64,000 bases of DNA from Hemiscyllium ocellatum (lineage: Eukaryota): positions 15,719,873-15,783,872 of the forward strand of contig NC_083409.1 of the NCBI RefSeq assembly GCF_020745735.1, given 5' to 3'. The notes under the pieces were generated by a model, which worked only from the letters and a program-made list of their open reading frames with translations, made no database searches and was not told where the DNA came from. The first letter of the stretch is position 1. Each line of letters begins with the position of its first letter. Shown here one piece after another: positions 1-13,192 of this stretch. The translations under genes were made by a program, and so were the position numbers.

Positions 1-950
1 CATTAGTGCAGGTATTTTTTGAATACTTCTATTGTGTCTGCTTCCACCCCCTCCTCTGGCAGTGTGTTCCAGGTACTCAACTCCCTTTGTGTAAAATACT
101 AGCCTCGCACATCTCTTTTAAATTCCCCTCTCCCCCGCACCTTGAACCTCTGTCCCCGAGTAAGTGATCCCTCCATCCTGGGAAAAAGCCTCATATATTC
201 CATTATACCTATGCCATTCAAAACTTAATAAACTTCTTTGAGGTCACACCTCATTTTCTCTCATTCTGGTGAAAACAAACCCAGTCTATTCAACCTTTCT
301 TCAGAACTAAAATCCCCCATACCACACAAAATCTATGTAAACATTTTCTGCACCATCTTCAAAACATCCACCTCCTTCTGATGGTGTGGTGACCAGAACT
401 GTATGCAATATTCCAAGTGTGGCCGAACTAATGTTCGATAAAGCTGCAGCATAACTTGTCTATCCTTACACTCAATGCCCTTCCAATGAAGGCAAGCAGG
501 CCATAAGCCTTTTTTCTGCCTTACCTCCCTGTGCTGGCACCTTCAGTGATCTGTGAACATACACACCCAGATCCCTCTGCATATCAATACCCCAAAGGAT
601 TCTGCCATTCACTGTATAATTCCCACCTGTACATCACCTTTCAAAATGCATCACCTCACATTTGTCTGGATGAAACTACATCTGCCATTTTTCTGTCCAT
701 GCATCCAATTGATCTATATCCTGCTGTATCCTCTGACAATCCTTCTCATTCCCTGTAATTCTACCAATCTTTGTATCAACGGTAAACATTTAAGTAGACC
801 AGCTACACTTTCCTCTAAGTCATTTATGTAGACCACGTACAGCAGAGTTCCCACCACTGCTCCCTGTGGGACACTAGGAATCACAGCCCTCCATTCCAAA
901 AACCATCCCCCCCATCACTGCCCTCTGTCTCCTCTGACTCAGCCAGTTCT
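1..950 (-). mobile_element. Degenerate CR1-clade LINE fragment (RT and 3' region)
   Basis: Minus ORF 714..899 contains VPQGAVVGTLLYVVYINDLEE, a decayed form of the CR1 RT motif [18 protein letters not shown]. The flanks resemble the reverse complement of the CR1 3' regions seen elsewhere in the window. Confidence 0.85.
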
Positions 951-1318
951 ATATCCAATGCTGGAAACATTTTTGACAAGACACCTTGTTGCCAGATCCT
1001 TACTGCAACTTGATCCAGTTCATTCAGAAAGAGAAAAAGGACAATATGCAGATTGTTGAACAGGCCCCTACACCTGGGCCTGAGGCAGGGGCCCAAGCTC
1101 CAACACACTGGCCTCACTTCACACCAACCTTCACACAGAGTAAGGTCATGAACTCCAGCCAGCAATTCCTCTGGGACCGGGACGGAGTGAGGGAACAGGG
1201 ACAATGTCGAAAAATCAATAAGGAGTCAAGCAAGTTGGAGAGAGTGTGCTGGAAAGTGTTTGATGGAGGAAACGTTCTTTGTGATACCCAATACTGGCAT
1301 AGTCCATATGTCCTGCAT

Positions 1319-1443
1319 ATGGAATGCCCTGCCAGTAACAGTGGTGGACTCTCCCTCTTCATGGGCATTTAAACAGGCATTGGATAGGCATATGGAGGAT
1401 AGTGGGCTAGTGTAGGTGAAGTGGGCTTGGATCGGTGCAACAT
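1319..1443 (+). mobile_element. Short 3'-end fragment of the same CR1 family as 1795-5665
   Basis: Near-identical to 5491-5612 (ggaatgccctgccagtaacagtggtggactctccctct...ggcttggatcgg). Confidence 0.85.
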
Positions 1444-1840
1444 CAGTCAGTTGCTTCCTAGATATAATTTGATTCACCACCACTCTCTCCAGGGCAATTA
1501 GGGAAGGTCCGACACATCAACACACCCCCCCCCCACCCCACCCCCATCCCAGGAGAAATCAAAATAAATGGCGTATAATTCAAATGACCAAACTGGTGAG
1601 GCTTGAATTCATCTCTTTGAAAGACTGGAGTCTCGGCCAGAAACAGAGCCATGACATGGGTGAACCTGGTTTGTCAGACTGAAAGGGGGAGTATCCTTCA
1701 GATTGACACTGGGATCAGCAAAAAATGAATTACTCTCAAAGATCTAACAAATGGCTGTCAAAGTGTGCCCCCAAACTGCAGAGAACAGCACTTTACATGT
1801 TTGAGGTGAGGGATGCCATGGTCGTCCCTGCTGATTACAC

Positions 1841-2686
1841 TTGCAGGAAGTGCACCATCTCCAGCTCCTCCAAGACCGTGTTAGGGAACTGGAGCTGGGG
1901 TTGAATGAACTTCGGATCATTCGGGAGGCAGAGGCGGTCATAGATCGGAGCTTTAGGGAAGTAGTAACTCCAAAGATTGCAGACAGGTGGGTGATCAGAG
2001 GGGGACTGGGAGGAAGCAGCCAGTGCAGAGACCCCCTGCGGCCGTTCCCCTCAAGAACAAGTATACCGTTTTGGATACTTGTGGGGGGGAATGACTTACC
2101 AGGGGTAAGCAATGGGGTTCAGGCCCCTGGCACGGAGCCTGTCCCAGTTGCTCAGAAGGGAAGGGTGGAGAAAAGCAGAGCAATAGTTGTTGGAGACTCG
2201 ATAGTTCGGGGCACAGATAGGCGGTTTTGTGGGGGCGAGAGAGACTCACGTTTGGTATGTTGTGTCCCAGGTGCAAAGGTACGTGATGTCTCTGATCGTG
2301 TTTTCCGGGTCCTTAAGAGGGAGGGGGAGCAGCCCGAAGTCGTGGTCCACGTTGGCACCAACAACATAGGTAGGAAGAGGGATGAGGATGTTAGGCAGGT
2401 TTTCAGGGAGCTAGGTTGGAAGCTCAGAGTTAGAACAAACAGAGTTGTTGTCTCTGGTTTGTTACCCGTGCCACGTGATAGAGAGTCGAGGAATAGGGAG
2501 AGAGAGCAGTTAAATGCGTGGCTACTGGGATGGTGCAGGAGGGAGGGATTCCAGTTTCTGGATAACTGGGGTTCTTTCTGGGGAAGGTGGGACCTCTATA
2601 AACAGGATGGTCTATACCTGAACCTGAGGGGCACCAGGATCCTTGAGGGGAGGTTTGCTAGTGCTCTTTCAGGGGGTTTAAACTAA
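1841..2686 (+). pseudogene. CR1 ORF1: coiled coil plus SGNH/GDSL esterase domain
   Basis: Motifs AIVVGDSIVRG, VVVHVGTNNIG and DGLYLN (the usual DGLHLN His is Tyr here). The upstream CRKC zinc-finger remnant is in another frame. Confidence 0.9.
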
Positions 2687-2724
2687 CTCTGCAGGGGCAT
2701 GGGAACCTAGACTGTAGATTTAGG

Positions 2725-3744
2725 GTGCAGGACCTGGAGTGTAGGGAGGTTAGGAACATGGCATCAATCTCGAAGGAGGGTGCCTGTAAACAGGAAGGTG
2801 GCTTGAAGTGTGTATACTTCAATGTGAGAAGTATACGAAATGAGGTAGGTGAACTTGCAGCGTGGGTTGGTACCTGGGAGTTCAATGTTGTGGCTATTTC
2901 GGAGTCATGGGTAGAACAGGGGCAGGATTGGTTGCTGCAGGTTCCAGGGTTTAAATGTTTTAGTAGGGTCAGAGGTGGGAGTAAAAGAGGGGGAGGTGTG
3001 GCATTGCTTGTCAAAGATAGTATTACAGCAGTGGAAAGAACGATGGATAAAGACTCGCCATCTGAGGTAGTTTGGGCTGAGCTCAGAAATAAGAAAGGTG
3101 AGGTCACCCTGTTAGGAGTTTTCTACAGGCCTCCTAATAGTCCTAGAGATGTAGAAGAAAGGATTGCGAGGATGATTCAGGAGAAGAGTGAAAGTAATAG
3201 GGTGGTGGTTATGGGGGACTTTAACTTTCCAGATATTGACTGGGAAAGCTATAGCTCGAGTACGTTAGATGGGTCGGTGTTTGTCCAATGTGTGCAGGAG
3301 GGTTTCCTGACACAATACGTAGACAGGCCAACAAGAGGTGAGGCTATACTGGATTTGGTTCTGGCTAATGAACCAGGCCAGGTGTTAGAATTGGAGGTAG
3401 GTGAGCACTTTGGGGACAGTGACCACAATTCGGTGACTTTTACTCTAGTGATGGAGAGGGATAAGTGTGCACTACAGGGCAAGAGTTATAGCTGGGGGCA
3501 GGGAAATTATGATGCGGTGAGGCATGACTTAGGATGCGTGACTTGGAAAAGTAGGCTTCATGGGAAGGGTGCAATCGATATGTGGAGCTTGTTCAAGGAG
3601 CAACTATTGAGTGTCTTTGATAAGTATGTACCTGTCCGGCAGGGAGGAAAGGGTCATGTGAGGGAGCCGTGGTTTAATAAGGAATTGGAATCCCTTGTTA
3701 AAGGGAAGAGGGCGGCCTATGTAAAGATGACGCGTGAAGGTTGA
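2725..3744 (+). pseudogene. CR1 ORF2 N-terminal APE-like endonuclease
   Basis: Motifs YFNVRSI, VAISESW, GGGVALLVK, GVFYRPP, VMGDFNFPDIDW, ILDLVL, SDHN. Confidence 0.93.
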
Positions 3745-3888
3745 TTTAGGGTGATTGAGAGTTATAAGGTAGCCAGGAAGGATCTAAAGAGAGAGCTAAG
3801 AGCAGCAAGGAGGGGATATGAAAAGTCCTTGGTTGGTAGGATTAGGGAAAACCCAAAGGCTTTCTAAAGGTATGTCAGGAATAAAAGA

Positions 3889-5259
3889 ATGACTAAGGTA
3901 GGAATAGTAGTGGGAAGTTGCATGAGGAGTAGTCCAGTCAAGGATAGTAGTGGGAAGTTGCGTGTGGAGGCTGAAGAAATTGGGGAGACACTGAATGAAT
4001 ACTTTTCGTCAGTATTCACTCAGGAACAGGACATTGTTGCCGGTGTGAATCTTGAGTCACAATTAATTAGAATGGGTGGCTTTGAGATATGTAGGGAAGA
4101 GGTGTTGGAAATTCTGGAAAGGGTGAATATAGATAAGTCCCCTGGGCCTGATGGCATTTATCATTGGATTCTCTGGGAAGCAAGGGAGGAGCCATTGGCC
4201 TTGATTTTTATGTCCTTGTTGAATACAGGAATAGTGCCAGAAAACTGGAGGATAGCAAATGTGGTTCCCTTGTTCAAGAAGGGAAGTAGGAATAACCCTA
4301 GTAACTATAGGCCAGTGAGTCTTACCTCTGTTGTGAGCAAAGTCTTAGCGGGAATTGTAAGGGATAGGATTTATGAACATCTGGATAGGAATAATGTGAT
4401 CAAGGATAGTCAGCATGATTTTGTGAAGGGCAGGTCATGCCTCACGAATCTTATTGAATTCTTTGAGAAGGTGACTAAGGAGGTGGACGAGGGTAAAGCG
4501 GTAGATGTGGTGTATATGGATTTTAGTAAGGCATTTGATAAGGTTCCCCATGGTAGGCTACTGCAAAAAATACAGAGGTATGGCATTGAGGGTGAGTTGG
4601 AGGTTTGGATTAGGAATTGGCTGGCTGGAAGAAGACAGGGGGTAATAGTTGATGGTAAAGGTTCATCTTGGAGTGCAGTTACCAGCGGTGTTCCACAAGG
4701 ATCTGTTTTGGGACCATTGCTGTTTGTCATTTTTATAAATGACCTGGAGGAGGGACTAGAAGGTTGGGTGAGCAAGTTTGCGGATGATACGAAAGTCAGT
4801 GGAGTTGTTGACAGTGAGGAAGGATGTGGCAGGTTACAGCGGGATATAGATAAGCTGCAGAGCTGGGCAAAAAGGTGGCAGATGGAGTTCAATATAGGTA
4901 AGTGTGAAGTGATTCACTTTGGTAAGAGTAACAAGAAGATGGAGTACTGGGCTAATGGTCAGATACTTGGTCGTGTGGATGAGCAGAGGGTTCTTGGTGT
5001 CCACGTACATAGATCTCTGAAAGTTGCCACCCAGGTAAATAGTGTTGTGAAGAAGGCATATGGCGTACTGGCTTTTATTGGGAGAGGAATTGAGTTCCGG
5101 AGTCCTGAGGTCATGTTGCAGTTGTATAAGACTCTGGTGCGGCCGCATCTGGAGTATTGTGTGCAGTTTTGGTCGCCATACTATGGGAAGGATGTGGAGG
5201 CACTGGAACGGGTGCAAAGGAGGTTTACCAGGATGCTGCCTGGTATAGTAGGAAGATGA
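3889..5259 (+). pseudogene. CR1 ORF2 reverse transcriptase
   Basis: Motifs [49 protein letters not shown]. Homology continues after a stop in ORF 5281..5715. Confidence 0.95.
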
Positions 5260-6269
5260 TATGAGGAAAGGCTGAGGCACTTGGGGCTGTTTTCATTGGA
5301 GAAAAGAAGGTTTAGGGGTGACTTGATAGAGGTGTACAAGATGATTAGGGGTTTAGATAGGGTTGACCATGAGAACCTTTTTCCACGTATGGAGTCAGCT
5401 ATTATGAGGGGGCATAGCTTTAAATTAAGGGGTGGTAGGTATAGGACTGATGTTAGGGGTAGATTCTTTACTCAGCGAGTCGTGAGTTCATGGAATGCCC
5501 TGCCAGTAACAGTGGTGGACTCTCCCTCTTTATGGGCATTTAAACAGGCATTGGATAGGCATATGGAGGAAAGTGGGCTCGTGTACTTTAGGTGGGCTTG
5601 GATCGGCGCAACATCGAGGGCCGAAGGGCCTGTACTGCACTGTATTTTTCTATGTTCTATGTTCTATTTACTCTTCGCGCCCCCATTTCCATCCTTGCTT
5701 GTTGCCCTTCCCTAACTGTCCTGGAGAGGGCGGTGGTGAGCCATGGGTTTCTCGAAGAGGATCTGACAGAGGGACAAGGTCATGTCCTCGGCCTGAGCAC
5801 AACTGCCTGACCTGCTGTGCTTTTCCAGCGCCACATTTTTTGACTCTGAGCACAACGATCCCTCAGGAGAATGAGCTGTGACACAAGAGGAAACGTGGGA
5901 GTGTTGGAAAGGCACCGGCAGCCTGGTCAGCCTGCAGAGGGGCAGAAACAGATTTGATGAATGAGCTGATATCCTCCCGAGCTGAGATGCAGACTCAGGC
6001 TTTCAGAGCCACACAGTTTACATTGTTACTGACCGTGGCTCCATGGGCAATGTTCCTGCCTCATCGTCAAAATGGTCATCGGATTGAAAGCCACCTCAGA
6101 AATGAGAGCACAGAATCCAGGCTGAGACCGGGGTGCACTGCTGAAAGTTGCACAGTCTCTGGCACCATCATTTGAGGTTCCACCACCACCACACCCTGAC
6201 CACCCCCAAACCCACCTCAGGGGGCTCGACAATATCCCATTCTGAAGAGATTCTCTCGGGTATCCTGCT

Positions 6270-6900
6270 CAAAGGTGTTTGGTATGCTTTCTTTCATTGG
6301 TCAGAGTATTGAGTACAGGAGTTGGGAGGTCACGTAGCAGTTATACAGGTCATTGGTTAGGTCACTGTTGGAATATTGTGTGCAATTCTCGTCTCTTCCT
6401 ATCAGAAAGATGTTGTGAAACTTGATAGGGTTCAGGAAAGATTTACAAGAATGTTGCCAGGGTTGGAGGATTTGAGCTACAGGAAGAGGTTGGGCAGGCT
6501 GGGGCTGTTTTCCCTGGAGCGTTAGAGGCTGAGGGGTGACCTTATAGAGGTTTACAAAATTATGAGGGGTATGGATAGGATAAATAGGCAAAGTCTTTTC
6601 CCTGGGGTTGTGGAATCCAGAACGAGTGGGCATAAGTTTAGGGTGAGAGGGGAAAGATATAAAAGAGACCTAAGGGGCAAATCTTTCACACAGAGGGTGG
6701 TATGTGTATGGAATGAGCTACCAGAGGAAGTGGTTGAGGCTGGTACAATTGCAACATTTAAGAGGCATTTGGATGGGTGTATGAATAGGAAGGGTTTGGA
6801 GGGATATGGGCCGGATGCTGGCAGGTGGGATTGATTGGGTTTTGGGATATCTGGTTGGACTGAACGGTCTGTTTCCGTGCTGTACATCTCCATGACTCTA
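6270..6900 (+). mobile_element. CR1 3' fragment with ATGACTCT-type tail
   Basis: ORF 6562..6834 (MRGMDRINRQSLFP...FTQRVVCVWNELP) is the CR1 ORF2 C-terminus. Confidence 0.9.
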
Positions 6901-7039
6901 CGAATAGATTTATCTCGTCATTTGTTTCCTGTCTGTTGGACTCACCATCTTGTCCGTGAAAGTGACTGCACTGTGCTCACAGCTTTCAATATCCTGAGAT
7001 GATTAAAAAAAACTGCACCAGCAAGAGTTCTCTCTCCAT

Positions 7040-7640
7040 TATCATGTAAAAGGGGAGCAATGAGCAAGTGATAATACACACTGAGCGCAAACACTGAAGC
7101 TTCAGCTGTAAGGTTTTTTACACCATGTTAACCTGCTCCCTGGGCATTTCCTTCCAATGTCCGAGATGGTTATCAGGCTGGGATGGAGGCTGACAGATCA
7201 CATGGAATCCTTCAGACAAGGTACACAAGGGCACAGTCCAGGCTTGCTGCAAACATTGGCCTTCCTTCCATTGAAGGGCAGTGAGTTTGTCAATAGCGGT
7301 TTCCAGAGCACATCCTCCCTGGAAATATCACAGACTTTACTGAAATGGGATGAACTGAAAAAAGAGATAGAAATGGGAAGAATTAACCAGACAAGGGTGA
7401 GCATCAAGAGAGGTGGGAGCGTGTGGGAGATTCAATGCCATTAAAGAAATCCCAACTGGGTTACACAAGAAAATCTCAAATCGTTACCAGGAGAAAACAA
7501 GGAGAATCCTCACTGACATAAACATGCTGAGAGTCAGAGACCCTGAGCCTCCGGTGCCTGACTCTCTCTGAGGCATTACAGTCAAGGACTGTTCATGTGT
7601 CAATAAAGGGAGACTTGGTGACATGGGGTTATATTATAAT
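7040..7640 (+). mobile_element. Possible solo LTR or LTR-like repeat
   Basis: Non-coding segment ending in ...gtcaataaagggagacttggtgacatgggg, resembling the poly(A)-signal end of fish LTRs. Boundaries and TG/CA ends were not established. Confidence 0.3.
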
Positions 7641-9998
7641 CAATGATCGGAGGGGTACAGATTAAAGATAAATGGCCAAAGGTTAAGAGGGAACATAAGG
7701 AAAACGTTTTGACCTGAAGGGTGGTGGCAGTCTGGGACTCACTCCCTGTAAGGGTGGTTGAGGCAGGAGCTCTCCCATAACATTGACGTATTTTGATGTG
7801 CAGCTGTGATGCCAAGGTATACAGGGCTACGGGCCAAGTACTGGAACATGGAATTAGAATAGTGGGTGGTTGTTTTGACTGGCTTTGGCTCATTGGGCCA
7901 AAGAGCCTTGTTCTTGTAGACCTGTTGTAGATGTCTGACTCTGCCAGGACTCCAGCAATGTGGCTGACCCTTACCTGCCATTTGAAAGGCCGAGCAAGTC
8001 ACTCAGTTTCAGGGCAGTTAGGGATGGAGAACAAATACAGTGACACCCACATCCCAGGAAAGAATAAACAGCCTCAGTAACACCGTCCCCTGAACCTGCA
8101 GGTTTCAAGCCCCACTCCAGACACTGGAGCACGATCCTGAGGCTGGCAAAGGCAAAGACGCCATCTGCTGGATGATCGGTTAAACCACTGCCCTCTCAGG
8201 TCGATGTGAATATAAGGGCTTTGAGACCATGTCAGGGAAACTGTCCCCAGTGTGCTGGCCAATGCTTCTCTTATAACCAATGGCATTAAAACAGAGACAT
8301 AAACAAAATACTGCAAATCTCAAATAGAAGCACGATGCTGGAGAAAGGGAACAGGTGCAGCCTCTGTGGGGAGAGGAGGAGTTAATTTTTTGTTTTATCA
8401 AAAAGGCAGCACATTTTTATTTTATTTTATGTTGTCTTACACTATTTTATTTAAATCTCGTTGAAAAAAAATTAGCCCGCTTGATTGGTACCACATCCAC
8501 ACACATCCATTCCCTCCACACCGACGCTCAGTAACGGCTCTGTGTATTATTTACAAAATGCACTCCAGAGATTCACCAAAAATCCTGAGACAACATCTTC
8601 CAAAGTCATGATTACTTAAATCAAGGACAAAGGCAGCAGATACAATGGGAACATCACCCCAGCAAGTTCCCCTCCAAGCCATTCACTAGATTGACTTGGA
8701 ATTATAACACTGTTCCTTCATTGTCACTGGGTCAGAATCCTGGAATTCCCTTCCTAAATGCATTGTGTATCTACCAACAGCACACAGACTGCAGGGGGTC
8801 AAGAAGGCAGCTAATCACCACCTTGTCCAGGGCAATTAGACATGGACAGTAAAAAGGCTGGGAAAAGTAAGAGTAGGCGTGCTTAAGGACCAGAAAGTGA
8901 GACTGTGATGTTTCAGTTTTTCCTGAACATTGGTGTGACCACATCTCAAATACTGAGGGTAGTTTGGTCTCTTTATTGAAGGAAAAATATAAATGCATTG
9001 GAGGTGTTTCAGAGGAGTTTTACTCGATTGATCCCTGGAATGAGTGGGCTGTGTGATGAGGAAAGGTTGGAAAGACTGGCCTTGTTCTCAGTGGAGTTTA
9101 GAAGAGTGAAGGGTTTTCCTGTCCCATAGTATTCTCCAACTCCCTATCTGCCTCCCTCATGGGTCATCCCTTATTGAACTGTGCTGTCCTGAGGCCTATA
9201 ACTTCCTTCTGGAACAAAGTCTCCAGGTATCTCCGCCCCTCCCGGATGTATCATTTTTTTCAACTCAGCCTCCAAGTGGGAGTTCCGGTAGTTTTATACA
9301 TTCACTACACATGTATTTACACTGAATCATTTCAATTAAATAAATATATTGAGCTCACTTATAAATGAAAAATATCCATTCCTTCATTGGACCAGTAATT
9401 GTCTTCAATCTCTGTTTTGAAGTTTCAGTACTTTCAATTTATAAACCTTCCCTAATGGACATGTCCTGAAGCAATCTATTTAGACAGTCCCTCATACTGA
9501 ACAATTCCCAGCTGATCTGCTTACCAGACTCCTATTCTCTTGTTTATCATTTTGTTTCATTCAAACCAAGTGCATGTGCAGGCTCCCAGCAGCTGAAGTG
9601 ACAGTTCCAAATCCGTTTGGAAAAGCAAAGGTAGGCTCCGTCCCCAAATTCTCCGAACTTCCACACTGACCAAACTTCCCAGCATTCCCCTCTGTGTTGG
9701 CTGCACTCAGTGCTAGCTGCAGTATTAAGGCTGCCCTGTATTTATACTGTTTCTGACTTATATCACTCCATTCTGTTGTGCTGTTGTTCAGGATCTGGGT
9801 TAAGCTCACTAATTTCTCAGTGGAGAGCTTCCTTTCTTCAGCCTGAGAGAGACTTTACATGTGCAACCAGCAAATGGGACTACAATGTTGGAATCTGTTT
9901 TCAGGATTGATGGGCTCGATGGTTTGATTCAATGAGATGAGATATGAAGTACCTGTGACTCTTGTTGCAATCCAACCTTCTCTGTCTAACCTCTTCAG

Positions 9999-10035
9999 GA
10001 GTCGACATTTCAGGTGTAACCCTTCTTCAGGACTC
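9999..10035 (-). ncRNA. Minimal type I hammerhead ribozyme motif (Penelope-like element type)
   Basis: Minus strand reads GAGUC-CUGAAGA-A-GGG UUACA CCU-GAAA-U-GUC-GACUC: perfect 5-bp helix I, intact core, GUC cleavage triplet. A second CUGAAGA follows immediately. Confidence 0.7.
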
Positions 10036-10124
10036 AGGGTGGGTGTTGGGGGAGCTGTGTGGTGAGGTGGGGATAGGTTGAGAAAGGGAGAGAGTATGAC
10101 CTGATTGGTTGATGGGAGACATGA

Positions 10125-12338
10125 ATCTGGATGGCGTTATCGCGAATAATATGAAATTGAGTAATTTTGGTGTGGGGAGGGGCAGCTGACAGGGATGTTC
10201 CCTGTTGCCCCTACTGTTTACCTTGGTACTTGAACCACTGGCAGGGACTGTCTGAAAAGACCCTGAAATAACGGCACCGAAAGTGGGAGTTGGGGAAACA
10301 AAAATCACTCTCTACACGGACAATGTCCTCTTGTTTTTAGCTAACTCTGAAAAGTCCATACCTTGGCTAATAAAAAAAAATTAAATTATTCGTCAACCTT
10401 TCAGGATACAGAATAAATTTTCCAAAATCGGAAGTTCTGCCTGTGGGAGATTGGTGCAGGTACTGAAACTGGAGGACGGAATGGAGTTTCCTTTTAGATG
10501 GTCACAGAAAGGTTTTCCCTATCTGGGAATTTTTATTACCCCTCACTTCCCGCAACTGTATGGAGCTAACCTTGTGTCGCTGTTTGAGAGGGTAAAGCAG
10601 GACTTGCAGCGATGGGAGCGAATACCCAGATCATGGCTTGGCCGTATAGCCTTGATTAAAGTGAATGTTGTTCCTTGGTGGTTCTATTCTGTGAGGATGC
10701 TCCCTTTGTTATTACCCAACCAGGTGCTGCGGAGGTTTGTGGGATGGCTTGGATCATTTATTTTGCGCTGTCGGTGCAATTTAATTAAATTTACCAAATT
10801 GCAACTTCCGCAGGATATGGAGGGTGGGCGGTGGACCTCCCAGATCTGAAGAGTATCAAAGCAGCACCCTGTTGCTATATGTAGGTGAATGGGTGCGTAA
10901 TGACTCAAAGTCGATGTGGCTTGATGCAGAGGCCTCGCAGGTGAGATGTCCCTTTAGAAACTTACTGTTCATGGATAAGATGAGATCGGTAGGTGCGCAT
11001 TGTGAAAGTCTGATTATCATAAATACAGTAAAGCATGGAGGATAATGCGGCAGGGTGGAGGCTATTTGTAGTTCACCCCGTTAGTGGGAGCCCCAGGATT
11101 TAGACTGGGATCAAAGGACTCCAGCTTCAGAGCATGGGAGCGTAATCGAATACCCTGTCTGGGAGATTTATTTGAGGGAGGGGTCTTGATGTTTTTTTTC
11201 GCCAATTAGGTCAGAAATATGGAATCCCTAATTGGGATCTTTTCCGATATTTCCAGGTTAGGGATTACATACAGAAGAAGACTACGTTCTTGACCCAGCC
11301 CAACAAGTCGGATATAGAATGAAGAGTGCTCCGATGAGGGGGCGCTCTTTCAGTTAGTACCTCATATCATCTGCAGAGAGGGAATGCCTTGGGGGAATTG
11401 GAGAGAGTCAGGGAGATTTGGAATCAGGAGTTAAGGGAAGAAATCTCATCAGAAATGTAGGAGGATTAATGAGGGAATGTAAAGAAAATTTCAATCTACA
11501 ATAAGGCACAAGCAATGCAATTGAAGATCTTTCCCAGGACCCAAATGGAGCCAGAGAGGTTAGCAAAGTTTAAGAAAGGGTCTTCCCCAAAATGTCCCAA
11601 ATGTAAAAACAGTATTGACATCCTTACACATTGCTTTTGGTCCTGTTACAAGATCCGGGATCCTGGGGGGGCATAGTGAATGAGCTGGAGACAATCCTGG
11701 GAATGGAAGTTTGGGAGGATCTGGTGTCCCTCCTTTTGGGAATGACCGAAACTTCCCTCTTTGGGTGAGCATGGGAAGAGGTTATTCAACATTCTTACAC
11801 ATTGTGTGAGGAAGGACATACTAATGAATTGAATATCAGCAAAGCCTCCAGGTCTTTCAAGGTGGCACAGCCTTGTGATGGAGCACGTCCCTCAAGATTA
11901 CCTGACAGTATGGGGCACCACGGAATGGAGCAATTTTATAAGACAAGGCGGCCCTTTCTAATTTACATCAACATGGATCTGTCGGCAGTACTGATTAGGG
12001 CCTTTATAGAGGATCGAGGGCTGTATGTGGTGGTCCGGGGATCACGGGGATTTGGTGGGTGGTCTCATAAATATGGGTATAATCACTGTTGTTCCTGTGG
12101 ACAGGAACTTTGATGGAGAGTGCGGCGAGTGGAGCCATGTAATATAGTACAATGTAGTGCAATTTAATTTTAATGGATTGTACTTAAATTTAGTGTTATT
12201 TTATTTAATTTGAGTTTGTGCTGATTTGTTTTAAGTTAAGCAAAATATGAGACAACTGTATCTTGAACAGTAGCCGGCGGTTTATTCACATTACTGTATT
12301 ATAATATAATTTTTTTCAATAAATATTGACTAGAAAAA
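10125..12338 (+). mobile_element. Degenerate L1-clade LINE, 3' half
   Basis: Translation gives decayed L1 RT motifs (QGC.L.PLLF..V.EPLA, LY.D.VLLFL, SGY.IN..KS). ORF 10451..10849 has YLGI and WLGRIALIK.N..P. The element ends in AATAAA (12318) and an A-rich tail. Confidence 0.8.
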
Positions 12339-12431
12339 GAGGAACATTCGAGAAAATTAACAGACAGAAGCACCATGCAATAGAAATGATCAGGAGTGGT
12401 GAGAAAGGAGGGAGAAAAAGAGATTCCTGTA

Positions 12432-12434
<3 letters not shown>

Positions 12435-12463
<29 letters not shown>

Positions 12464-12520
12464 CAAAAGAGAATGAGTTCTGAAGGGGAGAGAGAGAGAG
12501 TTCTGAATGAGAGAGAGAGA
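12435..12520. repeat. (GA)n microsatellite cluster
   Basis: Several gagagaga runs. Confidence 0.9.
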
Positions 12521-13192
12521 GTTCAGAAGAAGTTCTGAATTAGTGCAAGTGATCTCAAAAGCTGCTCAAAGTTTTCAACGTTTTCCTGAAAATCACAAAT
12601 ACAGTCCACTTACATGAATAAAAATCAATTGTCCTTTCTGAAATAATTTAAAACCAAAAAATAAAATCAAGACTTATAATGAAGTAAGTGCAAGTATTTA
12701 AAATCCTCAATACTTCTGCCTTCCACTTCAGTCATGCAGATATAGTCCTCCTCACTCAGAGGGAGGATTCAGTGTCTGGTATCAGCCATTGTTCAGAGTC
12801 TCAGAGCTAACATACACCAAACACATATCATCGCACCACTAGATATACTTTTTAAAAAGGTAAACGTAGGTGTAAATACAAAAACAAAATTAAATGTGCA
12901 ATCTTCTTTGAATTCAAGTCTATGCTGCAGTTTGGATAAATAAATGGGATCGGGTTGTATATAAATAGGACAGGAGAAAGGTTGGCACTTTTGGTATCCA
13001 CATCCTGCCAATCGGCTGACTCCAGTAAGGATCGATATCCCAAACCACCTACTTATTGAGGAAATTCTATGCCAGATGTCAAAACTCAATCAGTGAGAGG
13101 AGTTTAGAGGCCGAGGTGGATTCTCCTCTGCTCGGGGCATGAGGTTTGGTTTTTTTCTGGAGTCCACAAGTTGGCCGATGGCATGGCCCATG

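Larger units (their letters stand above)
1795..5665 (+). mobile_element. Young, near full-length CR1 LINE (ORF1 esterase, ORF2 APE endonuclease and RT), 5'-truncated, few inactivating lesions
   Basis: Contiguous ORF1 and ORF2 homology, ending in a (TTCTATG)n tail at ~5647-5665. ORF2 is broken by three premature stops (~3742, ~3866, ~5257). Confidence 0.95.

Noticed and set aside
9561-9809. Minus ORF preceded by TATAAATA as a small gene
   Set aside because: No recognisable domain or splice context. It looks more like a retroelement 5' UTR or LTR remnant.
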